A DNA stretch of 64,000 nt from Anthoceros angustus (lineage: Eukaryota > Plantae > Anthocerotophyta), in NCBI GenBank assembly GCA_010909165.1, contig VJWM01000019.1, forward strand, positions 992,001 to 1,056,000. Reading direction: 5' to 3'. The notes below the pieces were generated by a model that saw nothing but the letters and a program-made list of their open reading frames with translations, ran no database searches and was not told where the DNA came from. Positions 37,464 to 47,559 of this stretch are shown in pieces. Position 1 is the stretch's first letter; the number at the start of each line of letters is the position of its first letter. The position numbers and the translations under genes are program-made.

Positions 37464-40400
37464 ATGGCCTTCCACTGCAGGTTTGTGCACTTTTCATGCC
37501 AAGCGGGTTTGTTTGGACTGGTGCCTTGGACTCCGACGCTTGCCCAGGAGGGGAAGGGGGAGAGGGAGAGGGAGAGGGCATTGCAGTGTCATGCTGAAAC
37601 CAGAGATGCAGGTGTTGCTACTCCTCGTGGGGTGCAAGTGCTCGAGAAACTTTGTGACCGAAATGTTGTCATTTGGACGGCCACCATATCAGCCTTGTGT
37701 AAGGCTGGACGATGCCGGGAAGCTCTGGAGAGGTACCACCAGATGCTGCAGGACGGTGTGGAGCCCAGCAGGTCTACGTTTCTGAGCTTGCTCAAAGCCT
37801 GTGGCAGCTTAGCAGACTTGCAAGAGGGGAGGCGGATCCATGCTGATGTTGTGCGGTACAGGTGGATGTCTGATGTATACGTGGCCACCACTTTGGTTGA
37901 CATGTATGCAAAGTGTGGAAGCACGGCTGAGGCACGACTTGTGTTTGACAATTTGTGCCAGCGAGATGTCGTTTCATGGAATGCCATGCTCGCAGGGTAC
38001 GCTCAACAGGAACAAGGACAGAAAGCACTGCAGCTCTACAGCCAGATGAGAAAGGAGGGGATCAGTCCGAATCATCGCACCTTCGTCAGCCTGCTGCAAG
38101 CATGTGGGTGCCTTGCTGATACGGAAGAAGGGCTTCTTTTGGACGGACAGTCTATCAAGACGGAGGCACTCCATAAGGGGAAGGCTGTACACCATGAAGC
38201 TGCACGGGTTGGTTGTGAGTCTGATGTTTTTGTATGTACCACGCTTCTCAGTGTGTATGCGAAGTGTGGAAGCATCGTAGATGCTCAACAGGTGTTTGAC
38301 ACCTTGTCGCACCGCAATGTGGTGTCGTGGAGTGCAATGCTTGCAGCATATGCTCAGCAGGCTCAAGGTGAAATGGCTTTGGAGCTATTTGGGCAAATGC
38401 AAGAGGCAAGTGTCAGTCCAGACCATCAGACCCTGGTCAGCGTGCTTCAAGCATGCAGTAGCCTGGCAGAAAAGGAGGAAATCATCCCTCTAGATGGACA
38501 GACCATCAAAGTAAACTCACTTCAGAAGGGGAAGGCTGTGCATTCTGACATTGCACTGCGTGGGTATGAAGGAAATGTGTTTCTGTCAAATAGTCTGGTC
38601 AGCATGTATACCAAGTGTGGGAGCGTCATGGATGCTGAAACCGTGTTTGACAGATTGTCGCACCGCACTGTGGTGTCTTGGACTGCGATGCTCGCAGGAT
38701 ATGCTCAGCAGGATGAAGGAGAGAAGGCATTGCAGCTTTTTGATGCGATGCAAGATGCAGGAATTAGTCCAGATGATAGGACATTCGTGAGTGTATTCCA
38801 AGCATGTGGAGCCCTTGCCGAAAAGGAAGATGGTGTTCTCCTTAATGGACAGGCCACCAAAGTGGAGTCACTTTGGCGTGGGAAGCATTTACATGTTGCA
38901 GCAGCCAAAAGGGGCTATGAAGTGGATGTGTTTGTTTCGAACACGCTGGTTTCTATGTATGCAAAGTGTGGGAGTCTCACAGATGCAGAAAAAGTGTTTC
39001 TCAGGCTATCTCAGTGTAAACTGGCATCATGGAACGCCATGGTGGCAGGATATGCTCAGCAGGGGCAGGGCAAGAAGGCTTTTGAGCTGTACGGGCAAAT
39101 GCTGCAACTTGGTGTAGTGCCGAATCATCGCACCTTTGCTAGCTTGCTTCAAGCATGTGGTTGCCTGGCAGAAAAGGAGGAGGGTATTCTTGTCGATGGA
39201 CAGACCATCAAGATCGAGGCGCTGGGTAAGGGGAAAGAAATACATGCTCAAGCTGTAAAGACTGGATGTCTGTCAGATATGTTTGTTGCTAATTCTCTTG
39301 TTAGTATGTATGCAAAGTGTGGCAGGGTCACAGATGGGGAAATGGTGTTTCATACAATGCTCAAGCGTAATGCTGTTTCGTGGAGTGTGATGCTTGGAGC
39401 ATATGCTCAACAAGGAGATGGAGAGAAGGCCTTGGAGCTTTATGCACAGATGCAAGAGGAAGGTGTAAGTCCAGATCATTGGACCTTTGTGTGCTTGCTC
39501 CAGGCATGTACTAGCCTTGCTGAAAAGGAAGAAAGCGTCATTGTAGGTCGGCAGTCCATCAAAGTGGAATCACTTCTTCAGGGGAAAGCGATACATGCTG
39601 AAGCTGCCCGCCGGGGTTACGAGCCAGATGTATTTGTCGGTACCAGTCTTGTTAATATGTATTCCAAGTGTGGGAGTGTTACAGACGTGGAAAACACGTT
39701 CCCCACCTTGTTGCAGCCCAATGTTGTATCATGGAATGCAATGCTTGCCGGATATGCCCAGCATGGTGAAGGAGAGAAAGCTCTGCAGATTTATGACAGA
39801 ATGCAAGCAGATGGGATAAGCCCAGATGATAGGACATTCGTCAACACAATTCAAGCATGTGGCAGCCTTGCGAGAATGGAAGAAAGCACTGTCCTAAACG
39901 GACAGTCCATCAAAGCCGAGTCATTACGGAAGGGAAAGCAAATCCATGTTGAAGCTGCTAAGATGGGCTATGACAAAGATGTATATGTCTCCAACACGAT
40001 TCTTAGTATGTATGCTAAGTGTGGGAGCATTACAGATGCTGAGAATGTGTTCTACTCGTTATCTCAGCGCACTTTGGTGTCATGGAATGCAATGCTTGCA
40101 GGATATGCACAGCAGGACCAAGGAGAAAAGGCCTTGGAGCTTTACAAGCAAATGCAAGTCGAAGGTGTCATTCCAGACGACCGGACATTTGCCAGCTTGC
40201 TCCAAGCATGTGGTAGCCTTGCCCAGAAGGAGGAAGACTCTGTTTTGGATGGGCAACACCTAAAAGTGCAGACGCTCCGGAAGGGGCAGGCGATACATGC
40301 TGATGTTGTGCATGCTGGCTATCAATCAGATGCATTTGTTTGCAATGCTCTTGTAACAATGTACGCAAAGTGCGGGAGCATCAGAGATGCACAAGACGTG

Positions 40401-41387
40401 TTTTATAGATTGTCCCATCGAGATGTGGTGTCATGGACTGCGATGATTGCAGGCTACATCCGGCAGGATGAAGGAGATAAAGCTGTGCGATTGTATTACG
40501 AGATGCAAGCTGAAGGTGTTGAACCAGATGAGGTCACTTTGGTCTGTATCCTACAAGCATGCAGCACCATGGGGTCTCTGAGTAAGTGCATTCAGATTCA
40601 CCGTGAGGTTGTCAAGCGTGGATTTGAGAACAGTCCTATGGTTGCGACTGCTCTTGTGCACGCATACTGCCAGTGTGGGAGCATGTTGCATGCTCGGAAT
40701 GTATTCAACTCTCTACCCCAAGGCGATGTATGGGCTTGGACTGCGCTAATTGCCGGGTATGCCAGACAAGGACAACTTGAGCTTAGCACAAGCTGCTTCC
40801 AAGAAATGTGCCTGGCAGGGGTAAAGCCAAATGGAGTCACATTTCTCTCTCTCCTGTGTGCATGCAGCCATGCCGGCAAAGTTGACAAAGGCCTGGCATA
40901 CTTTGAATGCATGGTGATGGACTATGGTATCACTCCTGTGATGGAGCATTTCGCCAGCATGATCGACCTCCTTGGCCGTGCAGGATTGTTCAGGAAGGTG
41001 GTGGACTTGCTTCTGCAAATGCCGATGGAGCCGAACTCAGCCATATGGTTGTCGTTGCTCGGAGCTTGCCGAAATCATGGCAATGTTGCACTGGGAAGAC
41101 GGGCCTTTGATTGTTTAATCCGTTTACAGCCAAAACAGGGTGCAGGCTACGTGCTGATGTCAAACATCTACGCTCATGCTGGCATGCCGGATCATGCAAA
41201 GCAGGTTGAGGAGCTCAGACAAAGAGCAGGCGCTTGGAAAAGACCTGGCCAGAGCTGGATTGAGCACAATCAAGAGGTGCACTCGTTCGTGGTGGGAGAT
41301 CGCAAGCATCAACAGCACGAAAGGTTGTACGCTTATCTAGAGAAGTTGTGCTGGGAGCTGCAGAATCAAGGAACAGGGGCTGTGTAA
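37464..41387 (+). CDS. PLS-class PPR protein with E1-E2-E+ and no DYW domain, intronless, 1307 aa (organellar RNA-editing factor candidate)
   Basis: Regular P-L-S triplets (351-nt period); E domain WLSLLGACRNHG, GYVLMSNIY; PG box KRPGQSWIE; stop after E+. Confidence 0.96.
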   Translation: MAFHCRFVHFSCQAGLFGLVPWTPTLAQEGKGERERERALQCHAETRDAGVATPRGVQVLEKLCDRNVVIWTATISALCKAGRCREALERYHQMLQDGVEPSRSTFLSLLKACGSLADLQEGRRIHADVVRYRWMSDVYVATTLVDMYAKCGSTAEARLVFDNLCQRDVVSWNAMLAGYAQQEQGQKALQLYSQMRKEGISPNHRTFVSLLQACGCLADTEEGLLLDGQSIKTEALHKGKAVHHEAARVGCESDVFVCTTLLSVYAKCGSIVDAQQVFDTLSHRNVVSWSAMLAAYAQQAQGEMALELFGQMQEASVSPDHQTLVSVLQACSSLAEKEEIIPLDGQTIKVNSLQKGKAVHSDIALRGYEGNVFLSNSLVSMYTKCGSVMDAETVFDRLSHRTVVSWTAMLAGYAQQDEGEKALQLFDAMQDAGISPDDRTFVSVFQACGALAEKEDGVLLNGQATKVESLWRGKHLHVAAAKRGYEVDVFVSNTLVSMYAKCGSLTDAEKVFLRLSQCKLASWNAMVAGYAQQGQGKKAFELYGQMLQLGVVPNHRTFASLLQACGCLAEKEEGILVDGQTIKIEALGKGKEIHAQAVKTGCLSDMFVANSLVSMYAKCGRVTDGEMVFHTMLKRNAVSWSVMLGAYAQQGDGEKALELYAQMQEEGVSPDHWTFVCLLQACTSLAEKEESVIVGRQSIKVESLLQGKAIHAEAARRGYEPDVFVGTSLVNMYSKCGSVTDVENTFPTLLQPNVVSWNAMLAGYAQHGEGEKALQIYDRMQADGISPDDRTFVNTIQACGSLARMEESTVLNGQSIKAESLRKGKQIHVEAAKMGYDKDVYVSNTILSMYAKCGSITDAENVFYSLSQRTLVSWNAMLAGYAQQDQGEKALELYKQMQVEGVIPDDRTFASLLQACGSLAQKEEDSVLDGQHLKVQTLRKGQAIHADVVHAGYQSDAFVCNALVTMYAKCGSIRDAQDVFYRLSHRDVVSWTAMIAGYIRQDEGDKAVRLYYEMQAEGVEPDEVTLVCILQACSTMGSLSKCIQIHREVVKRGFENSPMVATALVHAYCQCGSMLHARNVFNSLPQGDVWAWTALIAGYARQGQLELSTSCFQEMCLAGVKPNGVTFLSLLCACSHAGKVDKGLAYFECMVMDYGITPVMEHFASMIDLLGRAGLFRKVVDLLLQMPMEPNSAIWLSLLGACRNHGNVALGRRAFDCLIRLQPKQGAGYVLMSNIYAHAGMPDHAKQVEELRQRAGAWKRPGQSWIEHNQEVHSFVVGDRKHQQHERLYAYLEKLCWELQNQGTGAV

Positions 41388-41630
41388 GACCCTCTAGTCG
41401 ACAGTTGCGGCCGTCTGTTCTCATGACCTGGACTAAGACCCAGTGTGACAGCCGTCCAAGGGCACAAATGGACGTCCATACCCCCAATCGTCGTAATTGG
41501 GGAACCTCAAATGCATGAGAACATATGGGTAGATGCACAGGTCTCTCCTCGTATGCAACCTTAGTCCAATCCCTCCTTGGAAGAGGTCCATCACCGTGGA
41601 CCGAAAGATGGTCTTAAATGGGCGACATAG

Positions 41631-41941
41631 TTCCCTTGTTCCTGCTTAGTAAAGAATTTCCTTGTTCCCGCTCAGTAAAGAATTTCCTTGTTCCCGCTCA
41701 GTAAAGAATTTCCTTGTTCCCGCTCAGTAAAGAATTCCCTTGTTCCCGCTCAGTAAAGAATTCCCTTGTTCCCGCTCAGTAAAGAATTCCCTTGTTCCCG
41801 CTCAGTAAAGAATTCCCTTGTTCCCGCTCAGTAAAGAATTCCCTTGTTGCCGCTCCGTAAAGAATTCCCTTGTTCCCGCTCAGTAAAGAATTCCCTTGTT
41901 CCCACCTCAGTAAACGAATTCTCTTGTTCCCGCTCAGTAAA
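41631..41941. repeat. 26-bp minisatellite, about 12 copies
   Basis: Unit TTCCCTTGTTCCCGCTCAGTAAAGAA head-to-tail with no spacers, ending in an A-run. Confidence 0.98.
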
Positions 41942-42380
41942 AAAAAATGTTGTTTGTTAGTCTCATATATTTTATTTTATTTTATTTTAAGTATTTAGTT
42001 ATTTTAAGTTACTACGAAATAGTTTATTTTATAGTAATTTTAATGAAGGTTATATTATATATTTTTAATTTTAAATCTTAAATTTAAAAATATATATTCT
42101 ATAGAATATGAAGGGTTTTACTTGTCTATATGGCGTTTTGAACTTGACAGCATCTAATGTTTCTCTTGTCTATATGGAACTTTTCAGTTGTATATGTAGA
42201 ACAATTCACTTCTCTAACTAAGATATTGCAGGAACTATTGGAATGTTAGGTTCTTTTGGTATGTAATATCATATTCTTTATGTATGAATCCATGGCTACC
42301 TTATATCTTTGTAACTTTTTTTAGAAGAGCTAAAGTACTATCTAATGAGTTTTGGTTGTATCCTTGTTTGTGTATGCTAG

Positions 42381-43019
42381 TCAGACCTAGTATACTTTTT
42401 ATCTTCTTTTCTTAAGAGAGGTAGGAACCGGCAGTTTATCTTCTCTCGACAAATCGAAGGACCCAACAACAGCTTCCTAATCCTCCATCTCATAGCGAGC
42501 AGCTGTGTTTGTCATCCGAATTGTGGAAGGATGAAAATTAATGCCATCGTAATGAGCCACGACGTGCACACCATCTGCAAGCAAAAGTGGTTATATTGGC
42601 TGACGGGCGGGCCAAAGGGCATGAGGCTGGGGGATGTCATCTACACTTTCATCGATGTCCACAACCAGGTGGTTTATATTATGCTTCTATTGCCGTGACA
42701 GGAGGACATAACTTTCCTCACATTCGACTACCAATTGTATGAATTTTGCATGGCAATCGATATTCCACCTACTCGCTACGCTTGCCCTAGCAAGATGGGA
42801 AACTTAGTGAGAGGGATGTTCTATCCTAGGTATAATCCGGATTTGAAGATGGTGGAGATCTGCACCGGGCTGACTACGGATCCCACAATTTCAAGGGATA
42901 AGGAGGACAACAGGATGTGGGAGCTACGGGCTTTCTGGGTGTTGCGTTTGGATAAATCAGGCTTCTACTGGTTTCCTGTGTCGGATTGTGTGTTCTACGC
43001 TGATCCACGCCAAGCATAG
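42381..43019 (+). pseudogene. Intronless orphan reading frame (213 codons) broken by one TGA
   Basis: Frame open from 42381 (ATG at 42531) to TAG ending at 43019 except TGA at 42696-42698; protein-like composition; no family recognised. Confidence 0.5.
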
Positions 43020-43173
43020 CTAACATGGGATGGAGAAGTTAGCTACGTTTCCACTGCAGAATTTGGTTGAAAAAAAAGATCAAGGTACATTTGCCACGAA
43101 AATAAAAGAATCAAGACATGGAGAGGGTTTCTTTTTTATTGTGAAATATAGGGAACATGGTTACTTCATCATA

Positions 43174-43710
43174 TAGCACAAACAACTCCTTGCAAGACCT
43201 GTGCTACTTGGCAGGGGTAGAGCCAAATGGAGTCACATTTCTTCTTTCTTGTCCGCATGCCTATAGCTAGCCATGCTGGCATAGTTGACAAAGGCATGGA
43301 ATACTTTGGATGCATGGTAAGGGACTAGGTATGGTATCACTCTTGTAATGGAGCATATTGCAAGGATATTCATCAAACTGCTTGGCCTTGTAGAAACGTG
43401 CAGGAATTGCTTATTGCTTACATTGGAGTGCAAATATGCTAATGGAGCTGAACTCAACCATATGGTTGACATTTGCTAGGAGTTTTGATGCAATCATGGC
43501 AATGAGACCTGGTGGATGCAATCATGGAGGTGGTGATTGCTTGATTTGTTTACACCTAAGACAAGGCGCATGCTACGTGATGTTGTCAAGCATTTGACTC
43601 ATTATGGGATACTGCATTGACGAATCATGCAAAACAAGTTGAGGACCTCAGAGACATAGCAGGTGCTTGGAAAAGACCTACTTAGAGTTGGATTGAGCAC
43701 ATCTAAGAGC
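43174..43710 (+). pseudogene. Decayed direct duplicate of the 3' part (about 40784-41277) of the neighbouring PPR gene
   Basis: Shared GGCAGGGGTA(A/G)AGCCAAATGGAGTCACATTTC, AGTTGACAAAGGC, ATGGTATCACTC and GCTTGGAAAAGACCT...GGATTGAGCAC, with many indels. Confidence 0.9.
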
Positions 43711-44426
43711 TCGTGCACCCAACAGTGTCTCAATGACAAGGAATTTGTCTCCAAACCCCTTTTCGTACAATAGGAGACCCATTTTTACATGTTCAAATTT
43801 ATTATTTATAAATAGCTACCAACGTATATCCACGTTTAGAGAAAATAGCCCTATCTCAGAAATGTGGTGTAGGCCGGGCACAACAAAAATAAATGTAGGG
43901 TAGTTTATATGCAAATGAAGGACAAGTGCACCAACAATCCTCGTATTATTTAGGGGAACTACAATATTATATAATATTGCATAACAATAGATGGACAATT
44001 TTTCTCTAATCAAGATAGCTTCTTTAAAGCATGTCTTATGGTCTTTTCAAGTACAAACAACAATTGGATAAAAAACAAGAAGACAAAACGCATTCCAATA
44101 GAGTACAATAACTCGGAACAATCTGAGCCGATAGAAAAAGCGGCACAAAAGCTAGGAATTGACTTGGCTGAACCCATGAGAGAAGCAAACAACAAAAGCC
44201 CTAGATATACACAAAAGCACAAGCCTAAAAACTGTAGCCCCAACAACTCCGACAAGAAAGAGTAAAACAATGGTCACCAGCTATGTAAAAGGCCACAAAG
44301 AAAAGCCAAAGTTCCTCCTCCGAACCCTAAAAAAACTAGCTCAATGCCTCCTACCACTTACGAATAAGCCAGGCCAAGTTGGGCAATAAGAGATCCATAG
44401 TTCCCTCCAGAGGGTGCTTAATGTTT

Positions 44427-44945
44427 CTATAGCCTCCACGATTCATTGTAATCCATCGCGAGTAGAACATTATTGTTGAGTTTGGGATAGAGAACTAACG
44501 GATTTTGGAAAGAAGGTTCTGGTTTAGGCTTGTGGATCAGTGCCACCACTTGTGCTAGTTCAGTGATGTCGGGTTCTGCTTCCCAAGCGGCAGGTTGAAA
44601 AGAACAAGACCAAGACCTCTGAAGTCCATGTGACCTATTTTTGTTGTATTCAGTCTCTTCGCTCCTTGTTTCTTCATCAGTTGTTCCACTTGCACTCCCA
44701 AATTTGTCCTCACTGTCCACCTCATCAGGTGTGGTACTAGCACTTCCATGTTCGTCATCAGTGTCACTTGCACTTCCACTTTTGTTCTTCCACCACCTCG
44801 CTGGCTGTTCCAACTTGTTAATTGATGGCTTTTCTCCCATACAATTAAACTGCCTCTGAGTAAATTTTACAAGCTTCATTGAGATCTTTCGTGTCTTTTG
44901 GAGTGCCTTCTCATAAGACGTCTTAATAAGAGCACCTAGCTCCAT
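44427..44945 (-). CDS. Intronless orphan protein, copy A (172 aa; basic N-terminus, acidic middle)
   Basis: Intact ORF; clear paralog of 52092-52733 over its whole length, including SFQNP(L/I)(V/I)LYP and ESWRL; shared upstream TATA region. Confidence 0.7.
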   Translation of the reverse strand: MELGALIKTSYEKALQKTRKISMKLVKFTQRQFNCMGEKPSINKLEQPARWWKNKSGSASDTDDEHGSASTTPDEVDSEDKFGSASGTTDEETRSEETEYNKNRSHGLQRSWSCSFQPAAWEAEPDITELAQVVALIHKPKPEPSFQNPLVLYPKLNNNVLLAMDYNESWRL

Positions 44946-44989
44946 TCTCGTTATGCAAGAAAGTTATATGAATATGATATCACATAAGA

Positions 44990-45140
44990 ACCAAAAATGT
45001 TGCAAGATAGCTTGAGCACTAGAAGACCAAAGATGTCGCAAGATAGCTTGAGCACTAGAAGACCAAATATGTCGCAAGATAGCTTGAGCAGTTAAGACCA
45101 AAAATATCGCAAGATAACTTGAACACTGGAAGATAGCTTA
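44990..45140. repeat. 36-bp tandem repeat, about 4 copies, in the presumptive 5' UTR of orphan A
   Basis: CAAGATAGCTTGAGCACTAGAAGACCAAA at 45003, 45039, 45075 and 45110. Confidence 0.9.
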
Positions 45141-45208
45141 AATGTTGAGCTTTGATGAAGATATGTAATTTGATATCAATTGGTACATATATAGACCACA
45201 GAGAGCTC

Positions 45209-45357
45209 ATTTATCCTTGGTCCTCGAATAATTGCATATTTCAATAAGTTGTACTTTATTTATCCTTGGTCCTCGAATAATTGCATATTGCAATAAGTTG
45301 TACTTTATTTATCCTTGGTCCTCAAAGAATTGCATATTGCAATAAGATATACTTTAT
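45209..45357. repeat. 49-bp tandem repeat, 3 copies, upstream of the orphan A TATA-like box
   Basis: ATTTATCCTTGGTCCTC...GCATATT(T/G)CAATAAG..TACTTT at 45209, 45258 and 45307. Confidence 0.92.
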
Positions 45358-46841
45358 TAAAATAAGGTATAAAATTTAAAAGGCCACTTGTTATAAATTT
45401 TGCAGTCATCCCTGTAGTGTGCGGGGCCACTTGCCCTCGTCTACACAACGTGTGGGGGCCCACCGCCTGCCCTTGTCCTCGCAATTGATGTGCGAGCCCC
45501 CTGCAGTGTGTGGGGCCACCTGTTGTAAGAGCTCTACGGGACTACGTTTGATGAAATCCTTGTGTGGGACTTCGATGTACACTTTGAAAAACTGTAGAAT
45601 TTCCAAATTTGGTTAAAAAATATATTGCAGAGTCTAGTATTCTTACTCCTGATAACACACAATTAACATACACACATAGAGAACATACAAGTAGGTTTTT
45701 GGTTTTGAATTTAGAGTTTTTTATGGTTCTTGGGTTCATGGTCTACATTCTACACTTTAGATATTAGAGTTTTCTTTCTGTGACAAGTTGCATAACTCAC
45801 AGTCGTCACTCTCGTCAAGTATTTTTAATCTGTATGTCATGATTGGATGTATTTTTAATCCATATTTTATGATCAGATTACCTAATCTATTTCAAATCTC
45901 AACCCAAGGATGTACATATATATTTTTAAATTAATAAATATACATATAAATATAATTAAAATGAATACATCTATAGAATTAAAAATAAAAATGATATTTT
46001 AAATTTAAAATTATAATAAATATATTATATAAAATTTTATCATGATAAATATTTCTTGTTATGAAAGTGTTCTAACTTTATAGTTAAGAAGTTTGAAGTG
46101 GTAGTTAGTCCCCCTTGGCTTGGTGTCCTTTGTTGGGTTGACCTTTTTTTTTCGATGTAGATGGTGTTTTTTCATCTCTTTTCTTTCTACGTAAAGTCTC
46201 CCCTAAACCTATGTGAAGCATTTCACTTGCGTGCGGAGAATGTTTTACTTGACTAACTAAGACATTACAAGAACTATTGAAATGATATGTTATTTCAAAC
46301 ACTTATCAAGTAAAACGTTGAAGGGTATTACAATTTTCTATTTTTTTGACCATTTGCCTAACTAAGTCATGATAGGAGCTATTAGAATATTAGGTTTCTT
46401 GATACGTGATATTTCTTTCATCTTATTTTCATTTTTGTTTCCTGGTATCTTCCACCTTGTAACTTCTTTCATGAGTCCAAAGGTACTAATTGCCTATGAT
46501 GATGATTTTGTATATGATAGCTATAGGTTTGCTTGTTTGTGGAAGCGTAGCCTAAAATTAATTTTTTTATTGAATTTATAACCTACATTTAAACGTAGAA
46601 TTTTACTTTCAACTAGGTACTTGACTTGATGGAACGGGATGTTGCGAATGGCTTGCGACTGAAAATCAATGGTTATGCGGGAGAAACACCAAAATGGTGC
46701 CCTTAGGTTGCCGACAAGGGTAGAATGCCAGACAAGAAGCAAAGCTCAACATGGACATATTGATTAACTTAAGCCTTCTTACTTTCATAAGAATGCTTGT
46801 TTTATTTTACTGAAGATCCTATGAGAGACCATGATAAAAAT

Positions 46842-47390
46842 GGAGAAAATTTTATTATTATGAGACTTATGTTTAGTGGCAAGACAAGTTACTTGTTGAG
46901 AAGCATACAATTAGAACGAGAAGCGGGTAGATTAGCAATCTTAGTTAAGTCTGACAAAGACAATAGATACACAATCAATGCAGTTGTAACTCATATAGGA
47001 GAACGATTAGATTGTCTAACTATAGCCAAGTTGAAGAGTTAAAAGTTGATAGTTGGTGAAGATCAATTTGATAGATTGGATACTATAGGCATAGACGAAG
47101 TTCAAATTTTTCTTTACTGATTTGATAAAGTTTTGTAAAGAGTCAACCAACAAAGGAAAGAAAATTATAGTGGTAGGATTGGATGAGGATAGCTGTCAAA
47201 AATCATTTGAAAAGTTCTTACAATTAATTCCATTAGCTGATAGAATAGAAAAACTTTAAGCCAAATTAAATTATGTAGCAAGGTAGCACCATTGACACAT
47301 AGAATTGAAAAATTGTTATCCCAAATCGATTTTGGAGGTGAAGACATTTACATGCCAGTATGTTGAAAGCATGCCTATCTAGAGAAATGA
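46842..47390 (+). pseudogene. TK: Intronless thymidine kinase (TK1/type II) pseudogene
   Basis: MFSGKTSYLL (P-loop), LVKSDKDNRY, VVTH, TIGIDEVQ, KIIVVGLD, LIPLADRIEKL, GGEDIYMPVC*KH; several stops and frameshifts. Confidence 0.9.
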
Positions 47391-47559
47391 ACAATGAACA
47401 TTCAGGAAGGAATTGATTGTGTTTGAGTATCTAATGGTGTAAATTAGTTCATAAGCTGATGAACGATAATAATTGATCATTGGAATCAGGGATGAAATTA
47501 GGAGTTTAATCAATTCGGAAACCTAATTAGTGATAGAGAGAAGGATTCAAGATTCTAAA

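Noticed and set aside
41631-41941. CRISPR-like array
   Set aside because: Units are contiguous with no unique spacers, the context is eukaryotic, and no cas genes are present; it is a minisatellite.
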